Shown here: piece by piece, positions 38,357 through 48,033 of the stretch
Layout: every line of letters starts with the position of its first letter
Numbering within the stretch: position 1 is the stretch's first letter
From: an uncultured Candidatus Saccharibacteria bacterium
GTDB lineage: Bacteria > Patescibacteriota > Minisyncoccia > Phycocordibacterales > Phycocordibacteraceae
DNA length: 64,000 nucleotides
Reading direction: 5' to 3'
Assembly: GCA_964349555.1 (NCBI GenBank)
Contig: CAYGGK010000001.1
Location: forward strand, 120,330-184,329
Made by a program: the position numbers and the translations under genes
Notes under the pieces: model-generated
What the model was told of the DNA's origin: nothing
Databases searched by the model: none
What the model saw: only the letters and a program-made list of their open reading frames with translations

Positions 38357-39319
38357 CTATAATGCCACGCCAATAGCGCGGCGCACTTCTTCCATCTTCG
38401 CTTCGCTCACGGCGCGCGCCTCCTTCTTCCCTCTCGCGAGGACGTCGTCAACAACGCTGTGGTCATCGGTAAGTTCTTCATACTTCGCGCGCATGGGCGC
38501 GAGATAGCGATCGAGATCTTCTATGAGTTTCTCTTTAAGCGCCTTGTAATTGCCCGCGTTACTACCATATATCGTAGCGAGTTCCTCTTCGCTCCGGACG
38601 AGTTTGTGAATCGCGTACACGTTTTCAGGACGACTACCAGACGAATCCGTCACGATACTCATCACACACCTCGCGAGATCAATGTGCGAAGCGAAGAGTG
38701 GAATACCATTTCCATAACTCTTGCTCATTTTACGGCCATCGATGCCGGGAACGATAGCGACCTCGGGCATGATGTGCGGCTCGGGGAGTTTGAAAATATC
38801 GGTCTTAAAAATACGGTTAAATTTTTCCGCAGTGTCGCGCGCGTATTCCACATGTTGTTTTTGATCCTGACCCACGGGCACAATGGCCGCATCATAAAGG
38901 AGAATGTCAGCCGCCATGAGCATCGGGTAATTGAACGTGCCGACGGACACCTCCTCTCCTTTCGCGGTGGCGTCTTTATAGGCATGTGCGCGCTGGAGGT
39001 ACGGCATGGTGGTAATCGTGTCAAAAATCCAAGCAAGTTCGGTATGTGCCGGCACGTCCGACTGTTTGAAAAGAACCACGTCGTTCGGATCAAGACCGAT
39101 AGCGAGATATGCCATAACACAGTCTCGTATGAGCTTCTGCATCGTTTGTGCGTCTTGAATGAAGTTAAGGGTATGATAATCTGCCACGAAAATGTAGGCC
39201 TTATAGGTACCGGTGTTTAAAAGGTCGATCGCCGGTTTCATCGCGCCAAAGTAGTTACCAATATGAATGTCACCGGTTGGTTTTATGCCAGTGAGAAGGA
39301 CAGATTTTCGGCCGTTCAT
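38357..39319 (-). CDS. trpS: Tryptophanyl-tRNA synthetase
   Basis: GIKPTGDIHIGNY and KMSKSYGN. Confidence 0.85.
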   Translation of the reverse strand: MNGRKSVLLTGIKPTGDIHIGNYFGAMKPAIDLLNTGTYKAYIFVADYHTLNFIQDAQTMQKLIRDCVMAYLAIGLDPNDVVLFKQSDVPAHTELAWIFDTITTMPYLQRAHAYKDATAKGEEVSVGTFNYPMLMAADILLYDAAIVPVGQDQKQHVEYARDTAEKFNRIFKTDIFKLPEPHIMPEVAIVPGIDGRKMSKSYGNGIPLFASHIDLARCVMSIVTDSSGSRPENVYAIHKLVRSEEELATIYGSNAGNYKALKEKLIEDLDRYLAPMRAKYEELTDDHSVVDDVLARGKKEARAVSEAKMEEVRRAIGVAL

Positions 39320-39469
39320 GATAGATACCATATCATAAAATTATTCTTTCAAACACACTTGTTGACGTTTGGCGCCGGTCAAAGTATATTCAGCACCAGA
39401 GAGAGTTTCCAGTAAACTGTGCCGCAGATTCCGCGGTATGAACAACGCTCAACATTGGGAGGATAGAAA

Positions 39470-39886
39470 ATGGAGTCGGAACACAAGATACGCCTTCGGA
39501 CAGAAACCCATGTTAGATTTTGGCATGATGATGAAATGGTCAGCACGGAACGGTCTAGTGGTGACCTTAAGAATCTTGTCATTCCGGACGACGTCTTCGC
39601 CATCCAGTTCTTTGATATCGGCTCCTGCACCGTGAGCCTCTGCGGGCAGTTCATGAGGCTCACTAGTGAAGAATTCGACGTGTCCCCGCGGCTCTACGTT
39701 AATGGGAGGATCCTTACACTTGAGGAGTTCAAGACTCAACTACCAGACGAGTATGACGAGTTCCTCAGAAAAGCATACCCTGGCAATTATTATAGGGTGG
39801 TCCTCTGCAGTAGTGGTCAGTGGCTACCGTTTTGCGAGGATGACAGGATTTGTTCAGTAGACTCAAGGCTCGCTAAGACGGACTAG
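39470..39886 (+). CDS. Hypothetical protein
   Basis: 138-aa ORF with no recognisable motif. A terminator hairpin follows at about 39915-39942. Confidence 0.35.
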   Translation: MESEHKIRLRTETHVRFWHDDEMVSTERSSGDLKNLVIPDDVFAIQFFDIGSCTVSLCGQFMRLTSEEFDVSPRLYVNGRILTLEEFKTQLPDEYDEFLRKAYPGNYYRVVLCSSGQWLPFCEDDRICSVDSRLAKTD

Positions 39887-39948
39887 ACAGAAAACGTGGC
39901 AACGTACATTTATGGGCTCCGCGCAAAACCCGCGGAGCTCTAACTTTT

Positions 39949-40551
39949 TCAATCACTGGAATTATGCTTCATCGCCTTTTTGTGTTGTTTCTCCTTCCAT
40001 CTCTTGAATGGAATACCCAAGCCAATCTTAAACAGCTTATTAAGAACTGGCATGATTCTTTTCATGGCCGGAGAAAGGATTGGATAATGGGGACTTGTGG
40101 GTTGATTCTCCAAAAATTGAAGCCATTCTTTAGGCAAGCTATGCTCCACAGCTCCTTCAAGAAGAATGTTCATATATCTTTTAGAGGGCCTTAAATGCTT
40201 GATGCCGGTATTCTCTGACCAAAAAACGTGCGCGGTTTTTAGTCCACTTCGTGTTCCCAATACCTCAAGATTAAGATTTTGGTATTCTCCTCCGCCCTCC
40301 ATTTTGTTAAGTATACTTATCTCATTCTGCGTCATGTGATAAAGCACCCCGTAGATTTTACTACTATCGTGTTTTTCGACATTGGCAAAAGAAGGCTCGA
40401 TAAGCGGTATTCCTGGATGGTCAAACACGAGCCTGTAGCCGTTAAGCTCCGCGGGCTCGGAAGAACGAGGGCGCATTCCTCGACTCTCGAGAAATATCTT
40501 TGAATTCATGTTCGCTCCAAACGCGAAATACCAGAAAGGATCAGACGTCAT
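39949..40551 (-). CDS. Gamma-glutamyl cyclotransferase (AIG2/GGCT-like)
   Basis: YFAFGANM motif. Start taken at MTSDPF so that it does not overlap the tRNA. Confidence 0.55.
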   Translation of the reverse strand: MTSDPFWYFAFGANMNSKIFLESRGMRPRSSEPAELNGYRLVFDHPGIPLIEPSFANVEKHDSSKIYGVLYHMTQNEISILNKMEGGGEYQNLNLEVLGTRSGLKTAHVFWSENTGIKHLRPSKRYMNILLEGAVEHSLPKEWLQFLENQPTSPHYPILSPAMKRIMPVLNKLFKIGLGIPFKRWKEKQHKKAMKHNSSD

Positions 40552-40559
40552 ACTTTTTG

Positions 40560-40642
40560 TGCGCCGGGTTGGATTCGAACCAACGAAGACCGAAATCAAG
40601 GCGTTTACAGCGCCTCCCCGTTGACCACTTGGGTACCGACGC
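40560..40642 (-). tRNA. tRNA-Tyr (anticodon GUA), long variable arm
   Basis: Folded by hand into an 83-nt structure. Acceptor GCGTCGG/CCGGCGC with one G·U pair, anticodon loop CTGTAAA, T-loop TTCGAAT. Confidence 0.65.
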
Positions 40643-40650
40643 GCACCCCA

Positions 40651-41280
40651 TCATCCTATCATTTTTAGTCGATATTCGTCTATCCAACGAATGATTTGCT
40701 CGAAGAATTTCTTATCCGAATAGCGAATGTGCACAAGCCCGTGGACCATACGCGGCCCGCGCCAACTATGCGTCATGGAGGCTTTCTTGATGTAAGGTTT
40801 TGTAAAGTGATTGATTGACAACTTGAGAAGTTTGCACCAAAAGCGCTTCAGATTTTGGATACTTTGTCCCTCGTATGCGTACAGATGCAGTCGAATTCTC
40901 TTTTGATCTATCCCACATACTTCAGAAAGGAATTTCCAAAAAATAAGTACCATGTCTGGATCTGAATTTGCGAAGTCAACCGTCCCTCCTCTTGCTTTAT
41001 AGCCTTCAGCCCAGTACAACATAATCGCCGCTATCTTGAGTTGTTCCTGCTCACTCGTTAACTTCTGTTTCAATTCATATGAAAGAGGCTTCGACTCAAA
41101 TCGAATGCGGTTGGTCTCCTGCGCGGAACGACGAGACACTTTGAGTTTGCGAAGAGTGTAATAGGCCGCGTGAATACTAATACCAAAATGATTGGCCATT
41201 TGTTGTGCACTTAGTCCGTTTCGATATAAGCGAGCCGCTTCTTTTTGCTGTTCCAGTGGAAGCGCCATTTTGACAGACAT
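40651..41280 (-). CDS. HTH-domain protein with LAGLIDADG-like region (possible free-standing homing endonuclease)
   Basis: N-terminal HTH (LSAQQMANHFGISIHAAYYTLRK). A LAGLIDADG-like IMLYWAEGYK…VDFANSD sits mid-protein. AT-rich. Confidence 0.35.
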   Translation of the reverse strand: MSVKMALPLEQQKEAARLYRNGLSAQQMANHFGISIHAAYYTLRKLKVSRRSAQETNRIRFESKPLSYELKQKLTSEQEQLKIAAIMLYWAEGYKARGGTVDFANSDPDMVLIFWKFLSEVCGIDQKRIRLHLYAYEGQSIQNLKRFWCKLLKLSINHFTKPYIKKASMTHSWRGPRMVHGLVHIRYSDKKFFEQIIRWIDEYRLKMIG

Positions 41281-41341
41281 ACTAGAATTATCTCAAATAG
41301 GAGTTGAGAGTCAAACGGACTTATACACAGAAATGTTTACT

Positions 41342-41397
41342 TTAGTACAAGAATGAGGACGCCTTGTTTGCCCTTGCGCACGAGCGCGTAGCCGCCG
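41342..41397 (-). repeat. Diverged duplicate of the tyrS 3' coding terminus
   Basis: Read on the - strand it encodes VGGYALVRKGKQGVLILVLK*. This is identical to the TyrRS C-terminus at the protein level and different at the nucleotide level. Confidence 0.8.
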
Positions 41398-41497
41398 ACG
41401 CAATGCGCCCACTATAGCGGATGCGGCACTTTTTTCAAAATCAAGAACCATGTAAGTTCATAAATGTCTTTCCTCAGTTCCCAAAACCTTCCCATGG

Positions 41498-41541
41498 AAC
41501 TATCCCCAATTTTACGCTATAGCGTTATTTATGTGCTGGTG
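41498..41541. repeat. Palindromic element (core TACGCTATAGCGT)
   Basis: tccccaattttacgctatagcgttatttatgtgctggtg. The first 22 nt are the exact reverse complement of 62964-62985. Confidence 0.7.
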
Positions 41542-41563
41542 CCGACTGGTAGGATTCATAAAT

Positions 41564-42145
41564 ATGAAGAAGGTCGAGGCTGAGGCGAAGGTGAAGCGAC
41601 GGAGACGTGATTTGCACAATATCATTTTAGCAACGATTGCTGTCGCCGGGATTCTTACTGTCGCAGCCGTAGCGCCAAACGCAATGCGCCTCCTTAAAAC
41701 GACCGGCATAGACGCCCGTCTTCGGTATAAAACAAAACGGGTGCTTGGGAGATTAAAGCAGAAAGGTGAAATCGAGTTCGTTGAGAAGGATGGCAAGACC
41801 CTTGTACGGCTTACCGAGCGTGGCGAACAAGCGCTCGCGCTACATGCCGAGCGGCTAAGGCTTGCGGGCGAAAGGCCCAAGAAATGGGATCAACGCTACC
41901 GGCTGGTGATGTTTGATGTCCCAGAAAAGCGTAAGCGGACTCGAGATCTCTTGCGTCGAGAAATGAGAGAGGTCGGTTTCCTTCGTATACAGGACAGCGC
42001 GTGGCTCTACCCTTACGACTGTGAAGAGTTTGTTGCGCTTTTGAAAGCGGACTTGCATATCGGGAAGGATGTACTCTACGCCGTCATTGAATCAATTGAA
42101 AACGATGCGTGGATCCGAAAACATTTTAATCTTCGTACAGATTAA
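41564..42145 (+). CDS. Winged-helix + PaaX_C/Cas2-fold domain protein
   Basis: N-terminal TM helix, a wHTH (…LKQKGEIEFVEKDGKTLVRLTERGEQAL…) and a C-terminal YRLVMFDVPEK…GFLRIQDSAWLY β-α-β core. Confidence 0.5.
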   Translation: MKKVEAEAKVKRRRRDLHNIILATIAVAGILTVAAVAPNAMRLLKTTGIDARLRYKTKRVLGRLKQKGEIEFVEKDGKTLVRLTERGEQALALHAERLRLAGERPKKWDQRYRLVMFDVPEKRKRTRDLLRREMREVGFLRIQDSAWLYPYDCEEFVALLKADLHIGKDVLYAVIESIENDAWIRKHFNLRTD

Positions 42146-42165
42146 GACTAACCGCTTCCCGACAT

Positions 42166-42203
42166 CAGCACAATAATTACGCTATAGCGTAATTATTGTG
42201 CTG
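42166..42203. repeat. 38-bp perfect palindrome
   Basis: cagcacaataattacgctatagcgtaattattgtgctg. It shares a TACGCTATAGCGTA core with 41498-41541 and 62958-62985. Confidence 0.8.
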
Positions 42204-42264
42204 GTAGGGGAGGTAAATTTTGGGCGGTTGATTGGGCGGTCGGTATGTGGGTACTTATTATTTT

Positions 42265-43518
42265 TTATTTCAAAACGAGGATGAGGACGCCTTGTTTGCC
42301 CTTGCGCACGAGCGCATAGCCGCCGGAAAGATCGCCGGGGTAAATTTTTTGGTCGGGATTCTCAATCGTCTGGTCTGAAAGAGTAATGCCCTTTCCTTCT
42401 ATCAGCCGGCGAGCGGCGCTTTTAGAAGTTGCAAGGCCACCAACGACAAGCGCGTCAGCGAGCGGGGAGCCGTCAGCGACGTCTTTCTTTGTGAGAACTA
42501 CGGAAGGCGCTTCGGCGAGTGCCACCGCGAGCGCTTCGCGGGAGAGCCCGCTAAACGGCGTGTCGCCGAAGAGGGCGTCAGTCGCGGCCGCGACCTGCGC
42601 GGTCGCGGCGGGCCCGTGAACTATCTCGGTCACAAGTCGAGCGAGCGTCTCCTGGGCTTGCCTCTCGCCTGGGTTCCGTTGATGGAGCTCCATAAGGGCG
42701 CCAATTTCAATAAGCGACAGGAAGGTATACACCTTCAGATAATTTTCAATACCCTCGTCCGGAAGGTTTATCCAAAATTGGTAGAAACGGAAAGGGGACG
42801 TCTTCTTCGCGTCAAGCCAAACGGCGTTCCCTTCGCTCTTGCCGAACTTTTTCCCGCTCGCATCGGTGACGAGTGGAAATGTGAACGCAAATACTTCTTT
42901 CCCGGCACGTTTTCGGATTAAATCGACACCAGAGAGGATGTTTGTCCACTGGTCGGAACCGCCGATCTGAAGGTCCACGCCGTACTTTTCGTTAAGCGTC
43001 AGGTAATCATAACCTTGCAAAAGCGCGTAGGAGAACTCGGTAAAGGAGATGCTCTCGTCTGGTGTGTCGAGACGTTTCTTTATAGTCTCGCGTTTGATGA
43101 GGTCGTTGACTGTGAAATGTTTACCGATATCGCGTAGGAACGGCAATAGCTTAACCTTGGAGAGCCACTCCGCATTGTCTACCATCTTGAAAGGAATCTT
43201 GCCGAGGATCTTTTTCAGCTGTATTTGAAGCGCGCGGGTATTGGCGACGACCGTTTTTTCATCCAGCATCACCCGCTCCCCCACCTCTTTAGGGTCGCCG
43301 ATCATGCCGGTACCACCGCCCACAAGAAAGACAAGTTTATTACCAGTGTCGCCGAGTCGCCTCATGAGGAGCATGAAAACGAGGTGTCCTATGTGGGCTG
43401 AATCGGCCGTTGGATCAATACCAATATATATAGTCCTTGGCGCGGCTAGTATCTTTTCTAAATCAGTAGACGAGTGTACTGCCAGCCCGCGCGCCTTCAG
43501 CTCTTCAGCTAGAGTCAT
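42265..43518 (-). CDS. tyrS: Tyrosyl-tRNA synthetase
   Basis: GIDPTADSAHIGH (HIGH), KFGKS and a C-terminal S4 domain. Confidence 0.85.
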   Translation of the reverse strand: MTLAEELKARGLAVHSSTDLEKILAAPRTIYIGIDPTADSAHIGHLVFMLLMRRLGDTGNKLVFLVGGGTGMIGDPKEVGERVMLDEKTVVANTRALQIQLKKILGKIPFKMVDNAEWLSKVKLLPFLRDIGKHFTVNDLIKRETIKKRLDTPDESISFTEFSYALLQGYDYLTLNEKYGVDLQIGGSDQWTNILSGVDLIRKRAGKEVFAFTFPLVTDASGKKFGKSEGNAVWLDAKKTSPFRFYQFWINLPDEGIENYLKVYTFLSLIEIGALMELHQRNPGERQAQETLARLVTEIVHGPAATAQVAAATDALFGDTPFSGLSREALAVALAEAPSVVLTKKDVADGSPLADALVVGGLATSKSAARRLIEGKGITLSDQTIENPDQKIYPGDLSGGYALVRKGKQGVLILVLK

Positions 43519-43530
43519 AGACAGATTATA

Positions 43531-45330
43531 TCACTCCTCGTCATCGTCAGCCCCACCGAGGAATCCGCCAGCCTGTATCTCCCACAGCTTTTTATACAGA
43601 TTACTTTCTTGCGCAATCAGTTCCTGATGAGAGCCTGTGAGTACGTTCCTCCCTTCTTCCATCACGATGATTCTGTCCATTTTCATAATGGTGGAGAGAC
43701 GGTGCGCGATGGCAATAACCGTTTTCCCCCCCATAAGCTTCAAAAACGCGTCTTGAATAAGAGCTTCCGACTCTGAGTCAAGACTTGAAGTCGCTTCGTC
43801 GAGGATAAGAATAGGTGCGTCCTTGAGTATCGCGCGAGCGATTGCTACCCTCTGACGTTCGCCTCCCGAGAGTTTTACTCCGCGCTCTCCTACGTAGGTA
43901 TCGTACCCTTGCGGGAGGGCCGAGATGAATTCGTGGCAGTGGGCACGCTTAGCCGCCTCAATCACCTCTGCTTCGCTCGCGTCACGCCTCCCATAGCGGA
44001 TGTTGTCCCGAAGCGTTCGGTGGAAGAGGAGCGGCTCCTGCGGGACGAAGGATATGAGGCTCCTCAAGCTTTCTTGGGTTACTTCACGTATGTTGTGACC
44101 GTCGATAGTGATGGTTCCCTCGGTTGGGTCATAGAGACGTAAGAGGAGTTTTGTAACGGTAGACTTGCCAGCGCCCGAGGGACCGACGAGGGCAACTTTT
44201 TCTCCTCCGGTAACATGAAGCGAAAAATTATTAAGTACGGAACGGTCACCGGTGAAAGAGAAAGAGACTTCGTTAAAGTGTATTTCGCCAGAAGTAAGAG
44301 TGAGCGCTCTTGCTCCGGCGACGTCCTGAATGCTCCGTGGCGTTTCTATAATATCCACCATTTCTGACGCATCGGCAAAAGCATCGTACAGTCGGCGGAA
44401 AGTGTTGCCGATATTCCATACCTGGTCGATGAGCCCCACTATATACACTTGGATGAGTACAAAATCTCCGATGGTAAGAAGCCCGCGTTGCCAGAGGAGC
44501 ACTGCTCCGGCGAGCAGTCCCACCTCGACGATAACCGCAAGCGCATACTGAATACCTTGAATCCAGGAGTCTGCTAACCACGAACGCAGGGTTGCCTCCT
44601 TCCACGCCCTTACAATCGAACTGAAGTAACCTGTCTCGTACTTCTCCGCGGCGAAGAGTGTGACCGTTGAGTGATTGCTGATAGCGTCCGAGAGAGCCCC
44701 TGTCATTCGACTGTCTTCTTTAACACGTGCGACGCGGAGCGGGTGGCGCCAACGAGTCAGAAATATTTGAATTATCACAAAGAGAATAAACCACGCGAGA
44801 AGAGAGAGCCCTAGCCACGCGTTTCGTATGTATAAGACCGTGATACTTCCCGCCGCAAAGAGGAGAGTGGGAAGGAAGTTCATCATCACGCTATCAAACA
44901 CTTGCTCGTAGGCGCGAGAATATCGGGTAACACGACGCGTGAGCGTTCCGGCGAAGTTAGAAATGAAAAAATCGTGGCCTTGGCGAATCAGATAGCTAAA
45001 CGCCGAGTCAGCCAAATCCATCATGACTCGCGCCTCAATGTGCATGATTGAGATTCTTTGGATGTGCCGCGCGATCCAGCCACCTGCGCCGACAACTGCA
45101 TACATCGCCAGGATTCCGAGAGCCGTTACGGTAATTGCTTCTGGTACTACCCCGCTCGTGAGCGTGTTGATAAATTCTCGTAGATACAGAGGGCCAATAA
45201 GGGAAGCCGCCTGCATACCGAAGGTCCCCAGCACGGCAAAAAGAAGAATTCCGGAATATTGCAGAGACGCACTCGTATACGCCCGTAACACAGGGAGAAT
45301 GCGCACGTCCTTTTTTCGCTCGTCTGACAT
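43531..45330 (-). CDS. ABC exporter, fused permease/ATPase
   Basis: Six TM helices plus an NBD with Walker A GPSGAGKST, the signature LSGGERQR and Walker B ILDEATS. Confidence 0.85.
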   Translation of the reverse strand: MSDERKKDVRILPVLRAYTSASLQYSGILLFAVLGTFGMQAASLIGPLYLREFINTLTSGVVPEAITVTALGILAMYAVVGAGGWIARHIQRISIMHIEARVMMDLADSAFSYLIRQGHDFFISNFAGTLTRRVTRYSRAYEQVFDSVMMNFLPTLLFAAGSITVLYIRNAWLGLSLLAWFILFVIIQIFLTRWRHPLRVARVKEDSRMTGALSDAISNHSTVTLFAAEKYETGYFSSIVRAWKEATLRSWLADSWIQGIQYALAVIVEVGLLAGAVLLWQRGLLTIGDFVLIQVYIVGLIDQVWNIGNTFRRLYDAFADASEMVDIIETPRSIQDVAGARALTLTSGEIHFNEVSFSFTGDRSVLNNFSLHVTGGEKVALVGPSGAGKSTVTKLLLRLYDPTEGTITIDGHNIREVTQESLRSLISFVPQEPLLFHRTLRDNIRYGRRDASEAEVIEAAKRAHCHEFISALPQGYDTYVGERGVKLSGGERQRVAIARAILKDAPILILDEATSSLDSESEALIQDAFLKLMGGKTVIAIAHRLSTIMKMDRIIVMEEGRNVLTGSHQELIAQESNLYKKLWEIQAGGFLGGADDDEE

Positions 45331-45339
45331 TACCGTATC

Positions 45340-45861
45340 CTAACGTGCGAGGAAGAAGATACCAACCGCGGGAGCGATGAACCACCAGAAGAAATATGTT
45401 TTCGACGCAAAGAAAGCGTCAATCGCGGGCGTGAATTGGTACACGTCCGCTACCGGGAACACATGGTACGCAAGCGCGATGAGGAATGCGGCGGCAAGGA
45501 ATGAAAGCGCGATAAGCCCGAATAGGCCGACGTAAAGAAAGTCAGAGGCGACAACACGCCGCAGGATCATGTAGAAGAGAAGCGAGAGACCGAGATACAG
45601 GCCCGCCTGCGCGAGAAGCGCAGTGGTCGCCGGCTCTACCGGCAGATACGACGAGTATGGAAATACGGCGTACACCGCATATGCGCCGTAGAAGGCGAGG
45701 AGTATCGAGACGAGCGTGGCGCGCCCGGCGCGCCACGCGAAAAGGAAGAAAACTGCAAGCAAAATAAGGACAATCAAAAAATCACTCGCGAAGTTCCACG
45801 CGCTAAGCGCCGTATTCGTCGCCAACTCGTTCACCTGTGCCAGCCCTTCGGTAGCGGTCAT
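45340..45861 (-). CDS. Hypothetical membrane protein
   Basis: Four to five TM helices, co-directional with the ABC exporter. Confidence 0.4.
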   Translation of the reverse strand: MTATEGLAQVNELATNTALSAWNFASDFLIVLILLAVFFLFAWRAGRATLVSILLAFYGAYAVYAVFPYSSYLPVEPATTALLAQAGLYLGLSLLFYMILRRVVASDFLYVGLFGLIALSFLAAAFLIALAYHVFPVADVYQFTPAIDAFFASKTYFFWWFIAPAVGIFFLAR

Positions 45862-45877
45862 GCTTTATGTATACACC

Positions 45878-46972
45878 CTAAAGCCCCTCGGTTTTAAGGT
45901 TTTCAACAACTGTACGAGCCTTGCCGGATAGTTTATGAGGGAGGGCGACTTCAAGGCGAATAATGAGGTCGCCGCGAGCCCCATCAAGCGGGATGCCCTT
46001 GCCGGCTACGCGCAGTAATTCTTCTGCGCGTTTCATCGGCGGGATTTTTACTTCCAGCATCTTCCCTTCCAGCGTTTCAACGGAAACCGTAGTGCCAAGC
46101 AGTGCGTCAGTGAGCTTCATTGGCAAACTCATAATGAGATTTGAGCCGTCGCGGCGGAATGTCGCATGCGGCTTCACGTGCACCTTCACATACAGGTCTC
46201 CCGCGACTCCAGTCTTAATCGCCTCGCCCTGCCCCGTCATGCGTATCATCTCGCCATTATCAATGCCGGCGGGAATTTGTATCTTTATCTCCTCCTGTTT
46301 GCGCTTCACTCCTTGCCCCTTACACTCTAGACATTTTTCTTTGGGAACCTTCCCGCTCCCGTTACAGACGGTGCAGGTACGCACAGAGGTAAATTGTCCG
46401 AGGATTGAGTTACGCGCCTCGTGGACACGCCCGCTCCCGTTACAGGTCGTGCATTTTTCTAGTTCGGTTCCAGCTTTTGCGCCGGAGCCGTGACATATCG
46501 TACAGGCAGAAACCTTCGCGAGGAGGACCGTGCGTGTCGTGCCGAACACCGCATCTTTGAAAGGAATTTCTAGATCAATGGAGATATCGCGCCCTCTCGG
46601 CGTCTGGGCTCTGCCACCTCTTCCGGAGAATATGTCGCCAAAGATATCGCTAAAGTCGAACTCCGCGCCGTCTTGTCCGAATCCGCCTCCACTGAAATCA
46701 AATCCGCCAAACGGGGAACCTGTTTGCCCAGAGCCTGTCGAGGGGCCGCGACCCCCAGCAAAAGATTGTCCGTACGTATCATACTCGCGGCGTTTCTTCT
46801 CGTCGCTTAAAACCGAATACGCCTCGGTGATTTCTTTAAACTTGGCTTCATCGGTGCCTCCCTTGTCGGGGTGATATTTATGCGCGAGTTTGCGGAACGC
46901 CTTCTTGATGTCGTCCGCACTCGCCTTCTTGTCCACTCCGAGCACGCTGTAATAATCTTTTGTTGTTGCCAT
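45878..46972 (-). CDS. dnaJ: Chaperone DnaJ
   Basis: J-domain (HPD), a G/F region and four CxxCxGxG zinc repeats. Confidence 0.9.
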   Translation of the reverse strand: MATTKDYYSVLGVDKKASADDIKKAFRKLAHKYHPDKGGTDEAKFKEITEAYSVLSDEKKRREYDTYGQSFAGGRGPSTGSGQTGSPFGGFDFSGGGFGQDGAEFDFSDIFGDIFSGRGGRAQTPRGRDISIDLEIPFKDAVFGTTRTVLLAKVSACTICHGSGAKAGTELEKCTTCNGSGRVHEARNSILGQFTSVRTCTVCNGSGKVPKEKCLECKGQGVKRKQEEIKIQIPAGIDNGEMIRMTGQGEAIKTGVAGDLYVKVHVKPHATFRRDGSNLIMSLPMKLTDALLGTTVSVETLEGKMLEVKIPPMKRAEELLRVAGKGIPLDGARGDLIIRLEVALPHKLSGKARTVVENLKTEGL

Positions 46973-47022
46973 GTCTTTCTATTATACTCTTACTTGTTTT
47001 TGTATGCAAAAAAACCGCCCCC

Positions 47023-47856
47023 TCATCTTGCGATAAGAAGGGCGGTTTCGAGTGAGGTCACTTCAACGATCTTGGATGCTAGTGGGGTCTTAAGGTCCCT
47101 CGCGACGGCCTCATAAGCATCCCAGAACTCGTACACGTTGAATAAGTCGCCGTGCTTCTCCGCCCGATCTTTTACTAGGGTGATGAGGCGAACTTTTCTT
47201 TTAGCAACCAAAACAGCACTGGCGATAAAGATCTTATAGGAAGTAACGCGGTAGTCGCGGTCGGTTCGGAACGCGAGCTCAGAGAACTGGTGCCTCCACT
47301 TCTCACTTTCTTTAAGCAACATGCAATACTGACCGCGTTGGCCCTCGAGCAAGGAACGGATTTTTGCGTCCCTTGGCGGGTTGAGGGAGAGATCCCTGAA
47401 GATGGACAACTCCTCCTTGCGGCGCCTCTCCGCGTCCTGCCTTTCGCGTTTTCCCCGCTCCTGTTTCTTGGTAAGAATTGCTCTTTTCGCCTCACCTGAA
47501 GAAGTGAACCTCAGGTCCTTTTCAAAAAACTTGAGGAGCTTATCGAAGAGCGATTGCAGATTGCTCGTTGCAACAGTTGAATCAGTGGAACTGCCGACCA
47601 AGTACTGTTTGTTGCTTACTTCATTTTCAACGTAGTATTTGACCACCGCATCATAGAGGGACCTCGCCCTCTCAGTACTTAGGTGATACGTGTTGTCTAT
47701 ACCAGTAGCGGTGAACTTCCCCCTCCAGGCAATGTTCCCGGGAAAAAGTTTCTTGAGCTGAGCGATATCACTGACCGATAGACCCGCGGATACCTTAACG
47801 CGAGTCCCTGCCCGAATTCCTTCCGGCCGAACTTTAAAGCAGAACTGTACTTCCAT
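47023..47856 (-). CDS. Hypothetical protein
   Basis: 277 aa, Lys/Arg-rich in the middle, no recognisable domain. Its promoter, leader and first 11 codons are duplicated at 48476-48590. Confidence 0.45.
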   Translation of the reverse strand: MEVQFCFKVRPEGIRAGTRVKVSAGLSVSDIAQLKKLFPGNIAWRGKFTATGIDNTYHLSTERARSLYDAVVKYYVENEVSNKQYLVGSSTDSTVATSNLQSLFDKLLKFFEKDLRFTSSGEAKRAILTKKQERGKRERQDAERRRKEELSIFRDLSLNPPRDAKIRSLLEGQRGQYCMLLKESEKWRHQFSELAFRTDRDYRVTSYKIFIASAVLVAKRKVRLITLVKDRAEKHGDLFNVYEFWDAYEAVARDLKTPLASKIVEVTSLETALLIAR

Positions 47857-47937
47857 GTTCGTTACCCCCTATGTGTTTGTTGAGAACTAGACTTTCTTCC
47901 AAAGTTAATATTACTTAAAAATCAAGAGACGTCAAAT
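47824..47937 (-). promoter_or_regulatory. Promoter/leader/5'-coding repeat, copy 1
   Basis: On the - strand: TTGACG, a 16-nt spacer, TAATAT, then about 45 nt, the RBS agggggt and ATG GAA GTA CAG TTC TGC TTT AAA GTT CGG CCG GA. Confidence 0.6.
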
Positions 47938-48033
47938 TAAAAACTTGACTTGTCTGTAGTAAAGACAGGCGCACATACCCGAGGGTTGCGCGCCTGTGTT
48001 GGTTGCTGGATTTCAGACTAGGCCAGACCTTGA

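Noticed and set aside
39915-39942. Shared 10-mer ccgcggagct with the 3' end of tRNA-Asn, as a possible att remnant
   Set aside because: It is part of a local terminator hairpin (gctccgcg…cgcggagc) between convergent genes. The match is short and palindromic, so it is most likely coincidence.
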